Below are positions 52,001-61,067 of a DNA stretch of 64,000 bases, piece after piece. Source of the stretch: Giardia intestinalis (Eukaryota). The first letter of the stretch is position 1. The number at the start of each line of letters is the position of its first letter. The stretch lies in the NCBI GenBank assembly GCA_000002435.2, contig CM018793.1; one strand, written 5' to 3'. The position numbers were made by a program, and so were the translations under genes. Under the pieces are notes generated by a model that had not been told where the DNA came from, ran no database searches, and saw only the letters and a program-made list of their open reading frames with translations.

Positions 52001-52263
52001 GATGATATATAGCCCAGCTCAGCACCATTGGGAGGATCAAGAGTGCGATCACCTTTAGCTTTGTAGCGGAGGCCAAGGTGCAATCGGTACTGAATCTCGG
52101 ACAGATCGATTTCATAAGAGTGACTTATGTCTTTTTCTGCATATGCATAGAGAGGTACGTCGGCAAGGTCACCCTTATCTGCAGCCCTTGGCCTCCTGTT
52201 ATCATATGAGATGGTGAAGCCGCTCAATAGGTCGAAGGGGATGCTCGCCGTGTTCGCCTCCAT
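46030..52263 (-). CDS. very large hypothetical protein (2077 aa), no recognisable domain
   Basis: 6.2-kb uninterrupted ORF with Giardia-like codon composition, divergent from 52683..53363 across a 420-bp AT-rich region. No catalytic or repeat motif identified by eye. Confidence 0.55.
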   Translation of the reverse strand: MEANTASIPFDLLSGFTISYDNRRPRAADKGDLADVPLYAYAEKDISHSYEIDLSEIQYRLHLGLRYKAKGDRTLDPPNGAELGYISSLVSSSLQQHNIGDGFIRSIPQQVFQSFYTTTVPSGPEFLEIVLQLLKEQGAGALHRCLLDGKFPIHILRSVVDHFNGAKVLPAHVSLLVNVCSNLLATGNVNLFLLESARTLYFKNNGASTGPFSPYHKWILHENHEAHGLVSTTHKIMSTKSLDEFYRVEASVNKFYAQKLFDYVFGSLSNPFLGSLTLSTIGGCMYTFHKPKFDNSLAIFSVTNGLRNGVLSDPLDQQPIYSYRKQILSSLYVNPEEASGNVVSKSRMDQDYGIISNSNLYAHSGRVFVIEHIEPFPLSVCLPGMAYRLGIFYSTPENMKSFGKMHTIQSIINTYYTGDPSAYTGSYCFTSMDTTSDQVCGFPEDSDGADAVRQISPSVAAPESQNLHMTDTSPHSSTAFEEAQRKANFYLFPPISQNQLLEMDSTDQNMPFIHPVTKTTISKTTLTVAPHLIGPHGYAQCCFYGQRCRFLLVKDRTHIVTQKSTIQYAVSSAPAGASTLQLRSTNWVLRELPTVCLAGQFFPAPTFTVQHSKSGAKDLQKMKDNTKKEQVDGTLNTTNDPGNHSAEPARKQAPRSKAQSQDTISNASDPSQSYTTVPRTPFDDDQSLLTTGQKPSSATTATDTNKQSLAEKMSIGDNVYFVLGPENVKRIIKHRIGYFITRFNIEGDLQKTGTQEKSSLQAAILTRYKDLLGIFAAESFFKDMADSAKGDKSDKNDEFCTGLVSETHIFYILLLENFLSSGAFVDRFLTKSRADYYLMQAAKMTAEKSDAKLFLIDRFLGWSQMALCLLTNFRVSYMHKIRENNEFQTYSYVDENSYQSFGATSLRFGCFTSLLSKFGEKAENSPKHDLPFKNRLHIFPFSLREDQSRPLLEGIYSVITDQPVNSQILYPYKKLHASAFPKIGLFTRPFINRDKNQKRSKSKQGGLEAEKEDDMEQEIFQSMNKVFELDKRPDIHCTNCNAALLPKTRQRASAPDDLRVHIEQFGLCASEIEFCINTPVHILRRLPLDKFNVVNTGFPSKILEEHRYQDVRVSGSSSSHVEYLPTHIRRAFKEHLHPVNVVLSMRDAECSKDSQSLIAKSNLDRSDKSNMLWSGYMQKIIEIIDDTGIRDILTTDQHNIIHVHALRAMDNKNQEKLAAARYKLKRASLFLSGKTVLPTHNLGSDFMTYRGCPFLSKKVLKDAGEDRVEKIISGYANAITEHVFPDSISGTINSQAFPDERMISSFNNYANYSSITMKPREIFSCLGNDVDHGVQTNSYDPLCQEGFTDAVYPFHIFYPVKQARAALSDEGIKGLVKSCWQRWTDDEHMAMCNISRIIRVIKNRSTLFSLRVSNPRGGLTMRDKCLVLDSSAQAKTLKSKAGMAGRSRQRGKMEKDNEISSQANDLPQLDGSLSVRDKMLKGTRARVAGSEDGVSAKGKEIYYVDSIDMNDYTVYDQMKEYWDPRKCLFGITRLFEQLTSRSTLIYGVTRDYQDRIVDVSIYPYEQAENLDDKFFMSKSGDEILHCSSIIADMSIVSDYTRGNMNLALANNLKKMYKDNVPMFVISEKDSIKANRERIKKISGDPASTEEKQIEMNLSLVRESRIAIRTIYIDMYSYPGFSLDTMHYGILAISNTQQKPLYRHRTVTISKLPPRDALNVSFFNSAITHISTIYTDCGAKVRGVVTKNIFSLSQDKLSSYMFELDRCSEEYWPTAPHTHCLLICENKLAEEKWGSDQKPSQTTRDKIFYTMAVKNKAEMISNGTLQQNTFETTIDFPSEIVDVLRFSQEMRDTAGKRLKSFLDEISALKSPSDSTEGLTYWFNMKCLIDTKNYEIYTKFISTPVFMKDIEAHVSKPRVRECVFKCFIDIIQDMHKMVLNALQYNLTEPIHADGMLSEINTEEDLNNFLKLDRARNAVVLWYVTELMRRLRQFYRINSQAFALLGVSWIRYNFYDSVSGSQPTPGKLKAMILGSYYHITRYYIRPYDALLKDDYVRLGRKQQKMCRRQLDAKLSISKHI

Positions 52264-52682
52264 TGTTGGTGTCCTTTTGTCTTAATATTTATTGACTCTG
52301 TTATCTCAAGAGGCAGATGACAGAGGGCAGCTTCAACATGACAACGGGCCAGCTGTGGGTGTCCGTTCATTAGTGGACACATATTGTATGTGCTGATATT
52401 TATGTAGTCTGTGATCTTTGCATGTGACCTGAGAGAAATTAGGTAAGTCTTAACTGTTTAAGGAGCAGAATTTTAGCATGCAACTGTAATAAGACGATCT
52501 TCTGTAAGGAGCAGCGCCCCTCACTACTAAGTTAGCAGAGCAAACCGGTATGGTCGTCTTCAGAGCATCAAGACTACTAACGTTGTTGCAATTTACATAT
52601 GGTACCTGAAGAAAAACTATCTGCTCCTATTGTAGTGTTGGTGGCTTGGTAAACCTCGTGGAGATAGCCTCCACCATAAAAA

Positions 52683-53363
52683 ATGTCTCAACGACAAGAT
52701 TCCGAGGAGCTTGCATCCCAGGTTCAGAAGAGACTGATGGCGTTACAAGTACGTTTCGAGGAGGACGTCTTTGTAAGCATACCTGCGAAGATAAGTCGTA
52801 TTCAGACTCTCTTGGAGACAAGCCCCTATCTGCAGCCCGCATACATTACCGAGTTCTCTGCCAACGTTGCTACGCTCCTGAAGAGTGCGTACCCTACAGC
52901 AGAAAACCCGGCTGGTGACACAAAGGGCCTGGTCAAGGAGCTCTCTATTTGTCCGGTCACCATCATTGAAACCCAAACTCTTTTGACGAGCGAAATGAAC
53001 GCTGTCCAGCGACTCATTGCGCGCATTATGTTTAACCTCGTCTATCTTGGGACGCGAGACGAGTTTCGCTTGGAGAGCGAGAGTATCATCGACCAGGCCA
53101 CAACGCAGTGTGGCAACCTGCACTCTAGTATTACCGCCCTGCTTCAGCGGGCGACGCACTATCAGATCACAAGGGGAGCATTTGTGGCGAAGCTCAAGAA
53201 AACGGGGCTCTTTGATTTCGCAAAGTCCATTACCGAGATCGACACGAGCCTCCTGTCGCAGTATGCGGCGGACTTGCGTACGATCCAGAGCGGCATGCAC
53301 CTGGCGGCGTATGCGCTTGTGCGGCTGTTCCGGGACCAACGCGTCCGAGTTGGGAGTGAATGA
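52683..53363 (+). CDS. hypothetical protein (226 aa)
   Basis: The + strand ORF has a more protein-like composition than the overlapping antisense ORF 52743..53339, which is Arg-rich and low-complexity. No confident homology. A resemblance to proteasome-activator-type helical proteins was considered and is not supported. Confidence 0.45.
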   Translation: MSQRQDSEELASQVQKRLMALQVRFEEDVFVSIPAKISRIQTLLETSPYLQPAYITEFSANVATLLKSAYPTAENPAGDTKGLVKELSICPVTIIETQTLLTSEMNAVQRLIARIMFNLVYLGTRDEFRLESESIIDQATTQCGNLHSSITALLQRATHYQITRGAFVAKLKKTGLFDFAKSITEIDTSLLSQYAADLRTIQSGMHLAAYALVRLFRDQRVRVGSE

Positions 53364-53415
53364 GCCAGCGCCAATGAGAATCTATAACCAGTGCTTCCTA
53401 AGTGGCGCGCCGCGC

Positions 53416-53488
53416 GTCTGTGTAGCTCAGTCGGCAGAGCGATAGTCTCATAAGCTATAGGTCGTGAGTTCAAGCCTCACCACAGGCA
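53416..53488 (+). tRNA. tRNA-Met(CAU): elongator tRNA-Met (anticodon CAU)
   Basis: Manual fold: GTCTGTG-TA-GCTC-AGTCGGCA-GAGC-G-ATAGT-CTCATAA-GCTAT-AGGTC-GTGAG-TTCAAGC-CTCAC-CACAGGC-A, 73 nt. The anticodon/T-arm region (GTCTCATAA...AGGTCGTGAGTTC.A.CCTCAC) is very close to eukaryotic elongator tRNA-Met. The anticodon stem lacks the three G-C pairs of initiator tRNA. CCA is not encoded. Confidence 0.85.
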
Positions 53489-53495
53489 CTTTGTC

Positions 53496-54614
53496 ATGCT
53501 CCGCGCCGCCGCTGCCGCCTTTGGGCTCGCCCATCGGCCCGTCGCCGTCGTCGGTCGCGACGCCGAGCTCTCCGTCCTGGCTGACGTTCTCTCTCTGGGC
53601 TTCGCCGATGGCACCGCCCACGGCCTTTTCCTCTCGGGAAACCCCGGGACGGGCAAGACCCTCTGTCTGCGCCACGTCTGCAGGCTCTCCCCGTCCCTCC
53701 AGGGTGCCCTGCAAATCTGGATTAACGCAGCCTTGCTGGCTCGTCCGGAACAGGTCTACCAGGAGCTCCACTGTAGAATCTTCTCCCAGTCTCGCCGAAT
53801 GGCTCCCCTGCGCGCCAAGAAAGCCCTCGAGGCCCACTTCCAACGGCAACCGCAGACAAAGCGAAACACTCTCATCGTTATCGACGAGGTTGACCATCTT
53901 CAGTCTAAAAATGACCAGATCTTTTACTTTCTGTACAACACGCTACTTACGGCACCGCACCCACTGCTCTTTGTGTCAATAGCCAATTCCCTGTACTTTC
54001 CCTACACTGACAGGATAGCCTCACGCCTTTCCGGGATCACCAAGTTGGAGTTCCCCGCGTACAGCCCTGAAACCTTCACCTCCATTATTAAGGCGCGTAT
54101 ACAGGAGCTCTCGGCTGAGTATACAGAGGTGAATCAACTTTTCCAAAACGACGCCGTTCTGAAGCTCTTGGTCGGAAGAGTTTTGCACCGCGGAGGAGAT
54201 ATACGAACAGCCTTGCAATTCACCTTTAGAACGATTGCTCGTACTGTGGCAGAGGGGCTAACCACTATCCCTTTACGAATAGTTGATCAAATAACCTGCG
54301 CTGACCTCAGTGAGAGCGCTTTGTGCGCCACTGAATTAACAAAACTAGAACATGCTATACTAAAAACCACTGCCCGAGACAACACTACCATCGGAAGCAT
54401 CATAGAGCTAGGACATGGTGGCCTTGGAATTCAACAGCCCTTGTGTACTAACGAACCTCCAAGTCTTAACTTGATAGAAAGGGCAATTTCACGCCTCTGC
54501 ACATCGGGCCTCATCTTGCGGGAGCCCTCTGCAGATGGCTATAATCACCTCACGGAGTCGGATGAACTGTACAAAAGTACGGACAAGCTTTACATTAACG
54601 TTGTGCTAGACTAA
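53496..54614 (+). CDS. Cdc6/Orc1-like AAA+ ATPase (origin-recognition / replication-licensing family)
   Basis: 372 aa with a Walker A motif (LFLSGNPGTGKT), a Walker B motif (LIVIDEVDHL), a sensor-2-like GGDIRTALQF (GDxRxAL is typical of the Cdc6/Orc clade) and a C-terminal winged-helix-like region. The ATG lies 7 nt after the tRNA-Met 3' end. Confidence 0.75.
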   Translation: MLRAAAAAFGLAHRPVAVVGRDAELSVLADVLSLGFADGTAHGLFLSGNPGTGKTLCLRHVCRLSPSLQGALQIWINAALLARPEQVYQELHCRIFSQSRRMAPLRAKKALEAHFQRQPQTKRNTLIVIDEVDHLQSKNDQIFYFLYNTLLTAPHPLLFVSIANSLYFPYTDRIASRLSGITKLEFPAYSPETFTSIIKARIQELSAEYTEVNQLFQNDAVLKLLVGRVLHRGGDIRTALQFTFRTIARTVAEGLTTIPLRIVDQITCADLSESALCATELTKLEHAILKTTARDNTTIGSIIELGHGGLGIQQPLCTNEPPSLNLIERAISRLCTSGLILREPSADGYNHLTESDELYKSTDKLYINVVLD

Positions 54615-54620
54615 CTAATC

Positions 54621-56045
54621 TTACTTCTTGTAATCACTGTGCCAAATAAATGCAGAATGCTTACTTACAGCAGGGTTGGATTTGGATCTGTAGATAAGCG
54701 AAGAGGATGCACGAGAGGCGGGTGGAAGAGGCCGAATAGCGGGTACTTGAGACAGAGCTGTAACAGGGCCAAGAACTAGGAGTCTCTGGCTTGCAGCTTC
54801 TTGTTTGAGTTGATCAGTGCTGATAGTCTTGTCGAGACTATGTAGCAGATAACCGCCTATCTGTGCCGCTTCTCCTGACTTGGCTTTTCCAGCAAGCTCG
54901 TTCCTCAACTGTCGCGTAAATATGTTTATCACTTGTTTGTGTCGCTGTCTATTATGCGTCAGAGCTTCATCTTCAGCTCTGTCCTTGTCTAGAACCGAAG
55001 ACCCTCTGACGACTAGGGGATCAGGGTCCCTCCGCTGCTGCTCTAACGCATACTGGGTACTACTGTCTATAACTTCCTTACTGACTTGCAACTGAGAATG
55101 GGATAACATTTGATCCCGCACGTCGTTAGGATTGTAGGATAGTATATCAAGATCTACAAGCTGATCGGGTGTACGAAGCTGTTGAGAGCATACATGCGTT
55201 GGGCTGACTAGTTGTGCAGCCTTTAGCTCTTGTGCGTCAGCTACAATGTCAGAGATGGATACAGCTGTATCTCCTATCCTTATAGAGGCCGCAGGGCTTT
55301 GGTGTATGGACAACTTTGGGAGGTCGTGGAAAACAGCAGAAGAGCACCTGCCCTCCGATTCGTTGCTATGAAGAGCAGATTGTGGATTATCGAGTGCACT
55401 TAAGCGCAGTTGACTGGTTGAGGCGTTGCTCTGATCATTTATTTGAGAGACGATATGGTTCGAGTCGCCGAGAGATACACTCCGATGCTCAAAGTCTGGC
55501 TCCGTTGGCGTAGAGTGAAAATGAAGCAAGAAAGATCCTGTCTCTGGCTTTGGTGGAGCAGTAGCCTGAGCCGCCAACACAACAATAGGGTCTTTTGACA
55601 AAACTAAGGGGTCCACTATTTGTATTCGACTGGAGGCCGGTCCGCTGACTGACAATCTATGGTGCGTGCCTGCATAGTGGGAAGCTCTGGCTTTTAGAAC
55701 ATAGTCATATTGATCTCTATCGCGTAATAAAGTGGACAGTCTGCTACGCTGTTGTATCGCTTGCAGATCCTCACTAAGGCACATGTCTCTTTGAAATGAA
55801 AACTCGGTATCAATGCGGACCTTGGCCATCTTCTCCAGGTAGGAATCTGCCTCCTCTGCAGAGATAATAAATGGAGATGTCTCTAGCTTGCTACGCCTCT
55901 TCTTAGTGGGCTTAATGATGGGAGGCAGGACACCTCCCGTTACGTTGTAGGTGTGCACCTCAAAGCCAACTGACGTTCCTGGCAAATTGTACTGTGTCTG
56001 CCGGACGGGCTGGTGGAGGGAAGGCTTATTGATTCTATTTGCCAT
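54621..56045 (-). CDS. hypothetical protein (474 aa)
   Basis: Complete ORF, convergent with the Cdc6/Orc1-like gene (6-bp gap). Ser/Gln/Leu-rich, with no recognisable domain. Confidence 0.45.
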   Translation of the reverse strand: MANRINKPSLHQPVRQTQYNLPGTSVGFEVHTYNVTGGVLPPIIKPTKKRRSKLETSPFIISAEEADSYLEKMAKVRIDTEFSFQRDMCLSEDLQAIQQRSRLSTLLRDRDQYDYVLKARASHYAGTHHRLSVSGPASSRIQIVDPLVLSKDPIVVLAAQATAPPKPETGSFLLHFHSTPTEPDFEHRSVSLGDSNHIVSQINDQSNASTSQLRLSALDNPQSALHSNESEGRCSSAVFHDLPKLSIHQSPAASIRIGDTAVSISDIVADAQELKAAQLVSPTHVCSQQLRTPDQLVDLDILSYNPNDVRDQMLSHSQLQVSKEVIDSSTQYALEQQRRDPDPLVVRGSSVLDKDRAEDEALTHNRQRHKQVINIFTRQLRNELAGKAKSGEAAQIGGYLLHSLDKTISTDQLKQEAASQRLLVLGPVTALSQVPAIRPLPPASRASSSLIYRSKSNPAVSKHSAFIWHSDYKK

Positions 56046-56105
56046 TACAACAAGGCTTCAAAATTTCATGATGTTTTGGCATGAGACTGTGCTTTTAAAC
56101 TCACA

Positions 56106-56711
56106 ATGTTATTTCAAAGCGAGCTGTTTTTTCGGCACGTGCTTCAGGTAGACAATCTTAAGGCGCGCTCTTGTTCTGAAAACTACCAGCTCTTCCACAA
56201 GCAGTACTCCATTGGAAAATTCCAAGAGTGGTACAAGAAGTGTTGCGGGCGGGACGGACGAGTCGGCCTTATGCGCTTCATGGCCTTATTGGCTGAATTT
56301 TGCGAGCTTTCTGAACACCAAGCAATACAGCTTTTCCACACCTTCGACCTTTATCAAAACGGTAGACTCGATGCAACGGATATCTATTTAATCTTCTCTC
56401 TGGTGATTGCTAATACGTGGAATTTACGGGTGCTCTTCCTTCATCAGCACCATACGAATATAATTCCTTATCTTCAACTGGACACGGGGGACGTTGTGAG
56501 TCTCTCAGAGCTCTTGAATTTGGTTAGCTGTGCAGGCGTGCAGCCCTCCATCGTTGCACGAGTTCTTCAGCATTTGTCCAAGGACTTTGCACTGGAGTCT
56601 GCCAGTATCTCTACCGCTATCAACTTTCTCTTTGCATGCTTCCTCGAGCAAGACAGGCTTGACAGCAAGGGTGAGGTAGGGTACGATTCTATTTACTCTA
56701 AGGTCGCGTAG
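56106..56711 (+). CDS. hypothetical protein (201 aa), weak EF-hand-like loop
   Basis: FDLYQNGRLDATD loosely resembles an EF-hand loop, but position 3 is not D/N. Otherwise unrecognised. Confidence 0.35.
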   Translation: MLFQSELFFRHVLQVDNLKARSCSENYQLFHKQYSIGKFQEWYKKCCGRDGRVGLMRFMALLAEFCELSEHQAIQLFHTFDLYQNGRLDATDIYLIFSLVIANTWNLRVLFLHQHHTNIIPYLQLDTGDVVSLSELLNLVSCAGVQPSIVARVLQHLSKDFALESASISTAINFLFACFLEQDRLDSKGEVGYDSIYSKVA

Positions 56712-56723
56712 TTCCTTTTAGTT

Positions 56724-58679
56724 CTATTTCGGGCAGACTCCTGTGTTGCCCTTGGGCGAAAAGATCTTTATGATAGTCATGACGAAAGAGGTGCTGTTTG
56801 TAATAATGAAGAGTGAAGTGATGGTCCACAAGATGATTTGCCTCTTTAGTGAAACTTTCGGAGGAGTAAATCCTTCCAAAAGCACCTCGTCTGATATCGT
56901 ATGGCTATGGTCGATTGCAACCTGTTCTGTCACAACACGTGTAGAGATGTTGTGAGTTGTCTCCTCTTCCTCTGTGTCTGGCTCAGTGACCTCTTGGACA
57001 CGGTTTCTGTCATGCTCGTATGTCTCAGGAATCGTCTGAAGACGAGATTGTTGTCTTGCGTGTTCAGATTCTAACGAGACGTTGTTTAAAGGGGGTGTCT
57101 CAATCTTGCTTAAATCACTGGCTTCTGGTATCGTCGAGGGAACTCCTTTGAATGGGATGTGAGAGTGTCGATAGGAAGAAAGCCTACGACCACTGCTGGA
57201 CGATGCCCTATCAGCCCTTCCACCGATGGATAGGCGGTCGCTGGTCATACTCATGCGCCTGACAATAGATTCACTCGCCTGACGGACCCGTTCGGTGGCT
57301 CCAGGCCCAAACACGCTAAGAAAGGCAGTTATAGAGTTAGTCCGGTCGCGTATTTTGGCTTCCATGGCGTTTGTTTGCTTCATCTCTGTGTCTGGATCTT
57401 TTCTATGCATGGCTGCGCGCGTAGCTTCCATGTATTCGCGTCTAGCCTTCAGGACGGGTATCTTCAACCCCACAAGAATTGGAAGACCCAGATACAAGAC
57501 AAATCCAAATAGTGACGTGATAATATCGAACACAAGGGTTATTGACGGGACAAAGATGGCCAGAATAGTGAGAAGTAACACAATGATGATTCCTGTGACA
57601 AAAAACAAAACTTTCCCACGCTTCGTTGTCCGATCTGCCTTGACGATATCAAGAAGAATGGCACGGCACGGGAAGAGACAGCAGACAAATGCAGTAAAGA
57701 TAACCAACACGTACAATATGCGCACGGAGAGAACCAGCTTGTCGTTATCACTGAAGTTATTCAGGATGTTATCTTGTCTATAGTTCTCTTGATTGGAACC
57801 ATAGAATGTGGCAGATGTCACATACGCTAACAACATGTATATTGTGATGAGGACAACAGTGGCATATATTGACGTCCGATGTATAATCTTCGTTTTTTCG
57901 CTAATAGATCCCTTCATCTCTGCATAGAGAGACGGGATTGTGGGTATAAGTGTATACAGAGAGAAATAAGATGGAAAGTCTATCAGTACAGACCAAACAT
58001 CGGGCTTATAGGGAATGGGCGGCTCCCGTCTTGTCCAGCCGCCACTGTCATGCGCAAGCTTTCCTTTGATCAACGCCTCAATGCATCGCCCAAGGATGAC
58101 ACTTATCGAAAAGACAACTAATATAAGGGAAAGACTAGAGATCAACGAAAGAATGCCGACGCTACTGACGAACGAAAGGAGCATGAATGCTCCGCCACCC
58201 ACAATAGCGCGTATTATTTTATCTACCTTGTTGGAAGCAGCCACACACTTGATGTACTCGTTGCAGAGGCCCTCATCATATGCCGCCGGCTGATTGCAGG
58301 CCGGAGTCTTTGAAAAGAAGTTATAGATACTGTGAATGTAGTCACTGGATATAACACAGTATGCTACGAGAAAACCGAATATCAAGAACATGGTCGCATA
58401 GCCTACTATTTCCGCTATGACCTTATTCCACGTGACTATGAGAAGACTACGAATAGTGCTGTATCTGGTGTAGGTGCATGCATCAATTATTTGCCGGTAT
58501 CCCCAGAAAGAAAATATAACCGCGAGGGTCATGTATACCGTTGAGAGTGGCCATCCAAGATTACTGAAGCGATTTCCCAAGGCCAGGAGGGATGCACCTA
58601 TGCAGCTACCGATCATCAACATGGTTGTCCCCGCATAGACTCTTTTTTCCTCATTGGGTGTGTAGGTCTGGGTGGTCAT
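56724..58679 (-). CDS. amino-acid transporter, AAAP / Aa_trans (SLC32/36/38-like) family
   Basis: 651 aa. The N-terminal two-thirds has ~10-11 hydrophobic helices, with a family-typical first helix TMLMIGSCIGASLLALGNRFSNLGW. The C-terminal ~200 aa forms a hydrophilic tail. Confidence 0.7.
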   Translation of the reverse strand: MTTQTYTPNEEKRVYAGTTMLMIGSCIGASLLALGNRFSNLGWPLSTVYMTLAVIFSFWGYRQIIDACTYTRYSTIRSLLIVTWNKVIAEIVGYATMFLIFGFLVAYCVISSDYIHSIYNFFSKTPACNQPAAYDEGLCNEYIKCVAASNKVDKIIRAIVGGGAFMLLSFVSSVGILSLISSLSLILVVFSISVILGRCIEALIKGKLAHDSGGWTRREPPIPYKPDVWSVLIDFPSYFSLYTLIPTIPSLYAEMKGSISEKTKIIHRTSIYATVVLITIYMLLAYVTSATFYGSNQENYRQDNILNNFSDNDKLVLSVRILYVLVIFTAFVCCLFPCRAILLDIVKADRTTKRGKVLFFVTGIIIVLLLTILAIFVPSITLVFDIITSLFGFVLYLGLPILVGLKIPVLKARREYMEATRAAMHRKDPDTEMKQTNAMEAKIRDRTNSITAFLSVFGPGATERVRQASESIVRRMSMTSDRLSIGGRADRASSSSGRRLSSYRHSHIPFKGVPSTIPEASDLSKIETPPLNNVSLESEHARQQSRLQTIPETYEHDRNRVQEVTEPDTEEEETTHNISTRVVTEQVAIDHSHTISDEVLLEGFTPPKVSLKRQIILWTITSLFIITNSTSFVMTIIKIFSPKGNTGVCPK

Positions 58680-58879
58680 TGCTTAATTTTTCTCATAATT
58701 TAAGTATCTGCTCTACGGCCATGCAAAGTCATCAAAATGATCACGCCTCAGTCAGCGTCTCCAGCAGCTGTGTGAGTGATTTGGTGCCGGCAGCCACTGA
58801 TTCCTCATCTGGTTCTTTGTCTCTCTCTTTAGTCAATATTATTCAAATTATTTATTGCAATTAATTTTGTATCTTAATT

Positions 58880-60985
58880 TCAATTTATATAGTAAAGCAT
58901 TTGGGGATTGTGGCCAGATATTTTAAAATACCCGTTCTCAACTCCCCATGCCACTAAGTGGTTTATCGCATCTGGCTCTAGACGTGATAGGGCGGCACTA
59001 TGGTTGTTGTCACCAATATACCTATAAATCTGTAACACATCTGTGAGCTGAATGGAGCCGATGCGCTTCATTGTATACACTAGCTCTGCCCTTGCAACTA
59101 GTTCTGTTTGGTTTCGGGACATAGTCCTGACCTTACTCATGTACTGAGATGTGTTTTTACTGCTGTCTAGTGTCTTGCTTTGTGAGCTCAGCTGCACCAT
59201 GTTACCACTTACGCAGAACGTCCGATGGAGCGTTTGCATCACGATCCGTAACTTCTTCTCTGCCTCGCTCCAGTCATAATTCCAGAGATGCTGTATGTGG
59301 CCTATTAACTGTGACAGCTCCAGATGATGCAGGTCCCAAACTAACAGTTCAAAGAGAGACAGCTCGCGCTCCGTGCCCTGAACCATCACAATAAACCTAC
59401 ATTCGTGAGTACATAGTGCGGGCATTCGGGACTTTCCTTTGGTCGTTTTCAGCTTTGATTGCTTAGAAGATGGAGTAGCCATGCTTCTAAAAAGCTCAGC
59501 TATTGGACGGGACAGCGGCAGCCCTAATATCCTATGAATTGGGATCTTTATTTCCTCAGGGATTTGCATACAGCATATGCTACTGTCCAGAATAGGATAA
59601 AGTTCAAGCCATCTTCCCTGTTCGTTGAGGTTACAGAACGCGTCCGATATGCACCCATGTAGGGCAACTAGAATGAGAGTCTCGAACTGGAAGATTGCCT
59701 TCACTATGCTTTTGTTTGAATCCCGAGATAGCGCAAACGAATCCAGAGCAGTCTTGGCTGAAAGGTTGAAGTAACAAGTTACTAGGGAAAGGCAAACAAT
59801 TGTTATTACTGGACTTATAAGTTGATCTTTTGACTTAGTAGATGCAGAAATCAAGTGTTCTATTAAGGTTTGAGCAGAGATTGCATTTGCAACGTCGTAA
59901 CAACTCTCAGTCAATGCAGACCGCAATCGTACAATCAGTTTTCTTATTACATATGAACTTGTTATGGAGCGAGGCACTGAGCCTTCTGTGTCTAGACCGA
60001 AAAGCTTTGCATATGCTTGCATTCCAGTGGATAAGAGTAGCTCACATAATATGATGTACTCGTCTGGATCGTTGAGGACAGGATATTCGCTAAGCATCCT
60101 GATAACTGTATCTAAGGAGGACGTGGAATAAGAAGTGCACAGAGGAATAGACGACACTTGTGTACTCCAGCCACATGTAAATCGCAAGTAAGCAAAGTAG
60201 CTAGCGCCTATATCCTCTAACGCCATCGCAAACTGTGGTAAAAGAGAGTCTTTCCGACTTCTGTTAACAAAGAGAAGAATAATATGTGATGGCCTACATA
60301 GCCAATGTAATGCGCTGGCAAAGAGCTTGAATCTAGCTAACCTCTTAGAAACAGTGTCTGCTCCCCATAGATGTACAGTTGGTTTGACAAATGAAAGTCT
60401 GGCAAAGATGGGCAGATGTAGTATTAAGTTGGCAACAACGAAACTTGCAGGTTTACGGCTATAGAGTACAGAGAGTAGGTCTTCCAGGGGAAAGTGCAGA
60501 GGATTAAGAAATAATGCCCCAGTTAGAATGTGCGTAGAAGCATGGTTCTCATACTTTGGTTGTCTTAGTATCATCAGGGAGTCTTTCACGATGGGGAAAA
60601 GGCGTGCCCAAGCGAGCTGCATGCTGGAAGCACCTAGGAGCTCTGTGAAGTACTGTGCCCGTAGTTCATTAAGCTTTTGGCAGCAGAGGTCAAAATGAGA
60701 GGAAGTATACAACTCCAGATTGGAAGGGTTTAAGAAAAGGTGTTTCAGGACGCATACAATAACGGAGTTAAGAATTGAGGAATGAACAAGAATATCTGTG
60801 TCGCTGGCACCTCTAAGGACGTCAATAGCATTTTCTACCAAACACCTAATGGCATGCATGGTTGCCTTATACTCTGTGGAGCCGGCAATTTCAAGAAGTC
60901 TGTTACTAATATTGTCCAGGACAAACTGAAAGGCTCTGGCAACGGTTGGCAGTGGCCGTAGAGACCAGTGCAGAGCAGGGTTCAT
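58880..60985 (-). CDS. hypothetical protein (701 aa)
   Basis: Complete ORF, divergent from IFT172 across an 82-bp region. Leu-rich and helical-looking, with no recognisable motif. Confidence 0.5.
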   Translation of the reverse strand: MNPALHWSLRPLPTVARAFQFVLDNISNRLLEIAGSTEYKATMHAIRCLVENAIDVLRGASDTDILVHSSILNSVIVCVLKHLFLNPSNLELYTSSHFDLCCQKLNELRAQYFTELLGASSMQLAWARLFPIVKDSLMILRQPKYENHASTHILTGALFLNPLHFPLEDLLSVLYSRKPASFVVANLILHLPIFARLSFVKPTVHLWGADTVSKRLARFKLFASALHWLCRPSHIILLFVNRSRKDSLLPQFAMALEDIGASYFAYLRFTCGWSTQVSSIPLCTSYSTSSLDTVIRMLSEYPVLNDPDEYIILCELLLSTGMQAYAKLFGLDTEGSVPRSITSSYVIRKLIVRLRSALTESCYDVANAISAQTLIEHLISASTKSKDQLISPVITIVCLSLVTCYFNLSAKTALDSFALSRDSNKSIVKAIFQFETLILVALHGCISDAFCNLNEQGRWLELYPILDSSICCMQIPEEIKIPIHRILGLPLSRPIAELFRSMATPSSKQSKLKTTKGKSRMPALCTHECRFIVMVQGTERELSLFELLVWDLHHLELSQLIGHIQHLWNYDWSEAEKKLRIVMQTLHRTFCVSGNMVQLSSQSKTLDSSKNTSQYMSKVRTMSRNQTELVARAELVYTMKRIGSIQLTDVLQIYRYIGDNNHSAALSRLEPDAINHLVAWGVENGYFKISGHNPQMLYYIN

Positions 60986-61067
60986 CTACTCAGCTAAACT
61001 CCGATTAAAAAATGATTTTGTCCTATTCCAGGAACCTCTACCCCCAATCAACCGGGGAAAAGATCGT

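Noticed and set aside
52743-53339. 198-aa − strand ORF overlapping the 226-aa + strand ORF
   Set aside because: Arg-rich, low-complexity antisense-type composition, so the + strand ORF is preferred. Neither has a confident function.
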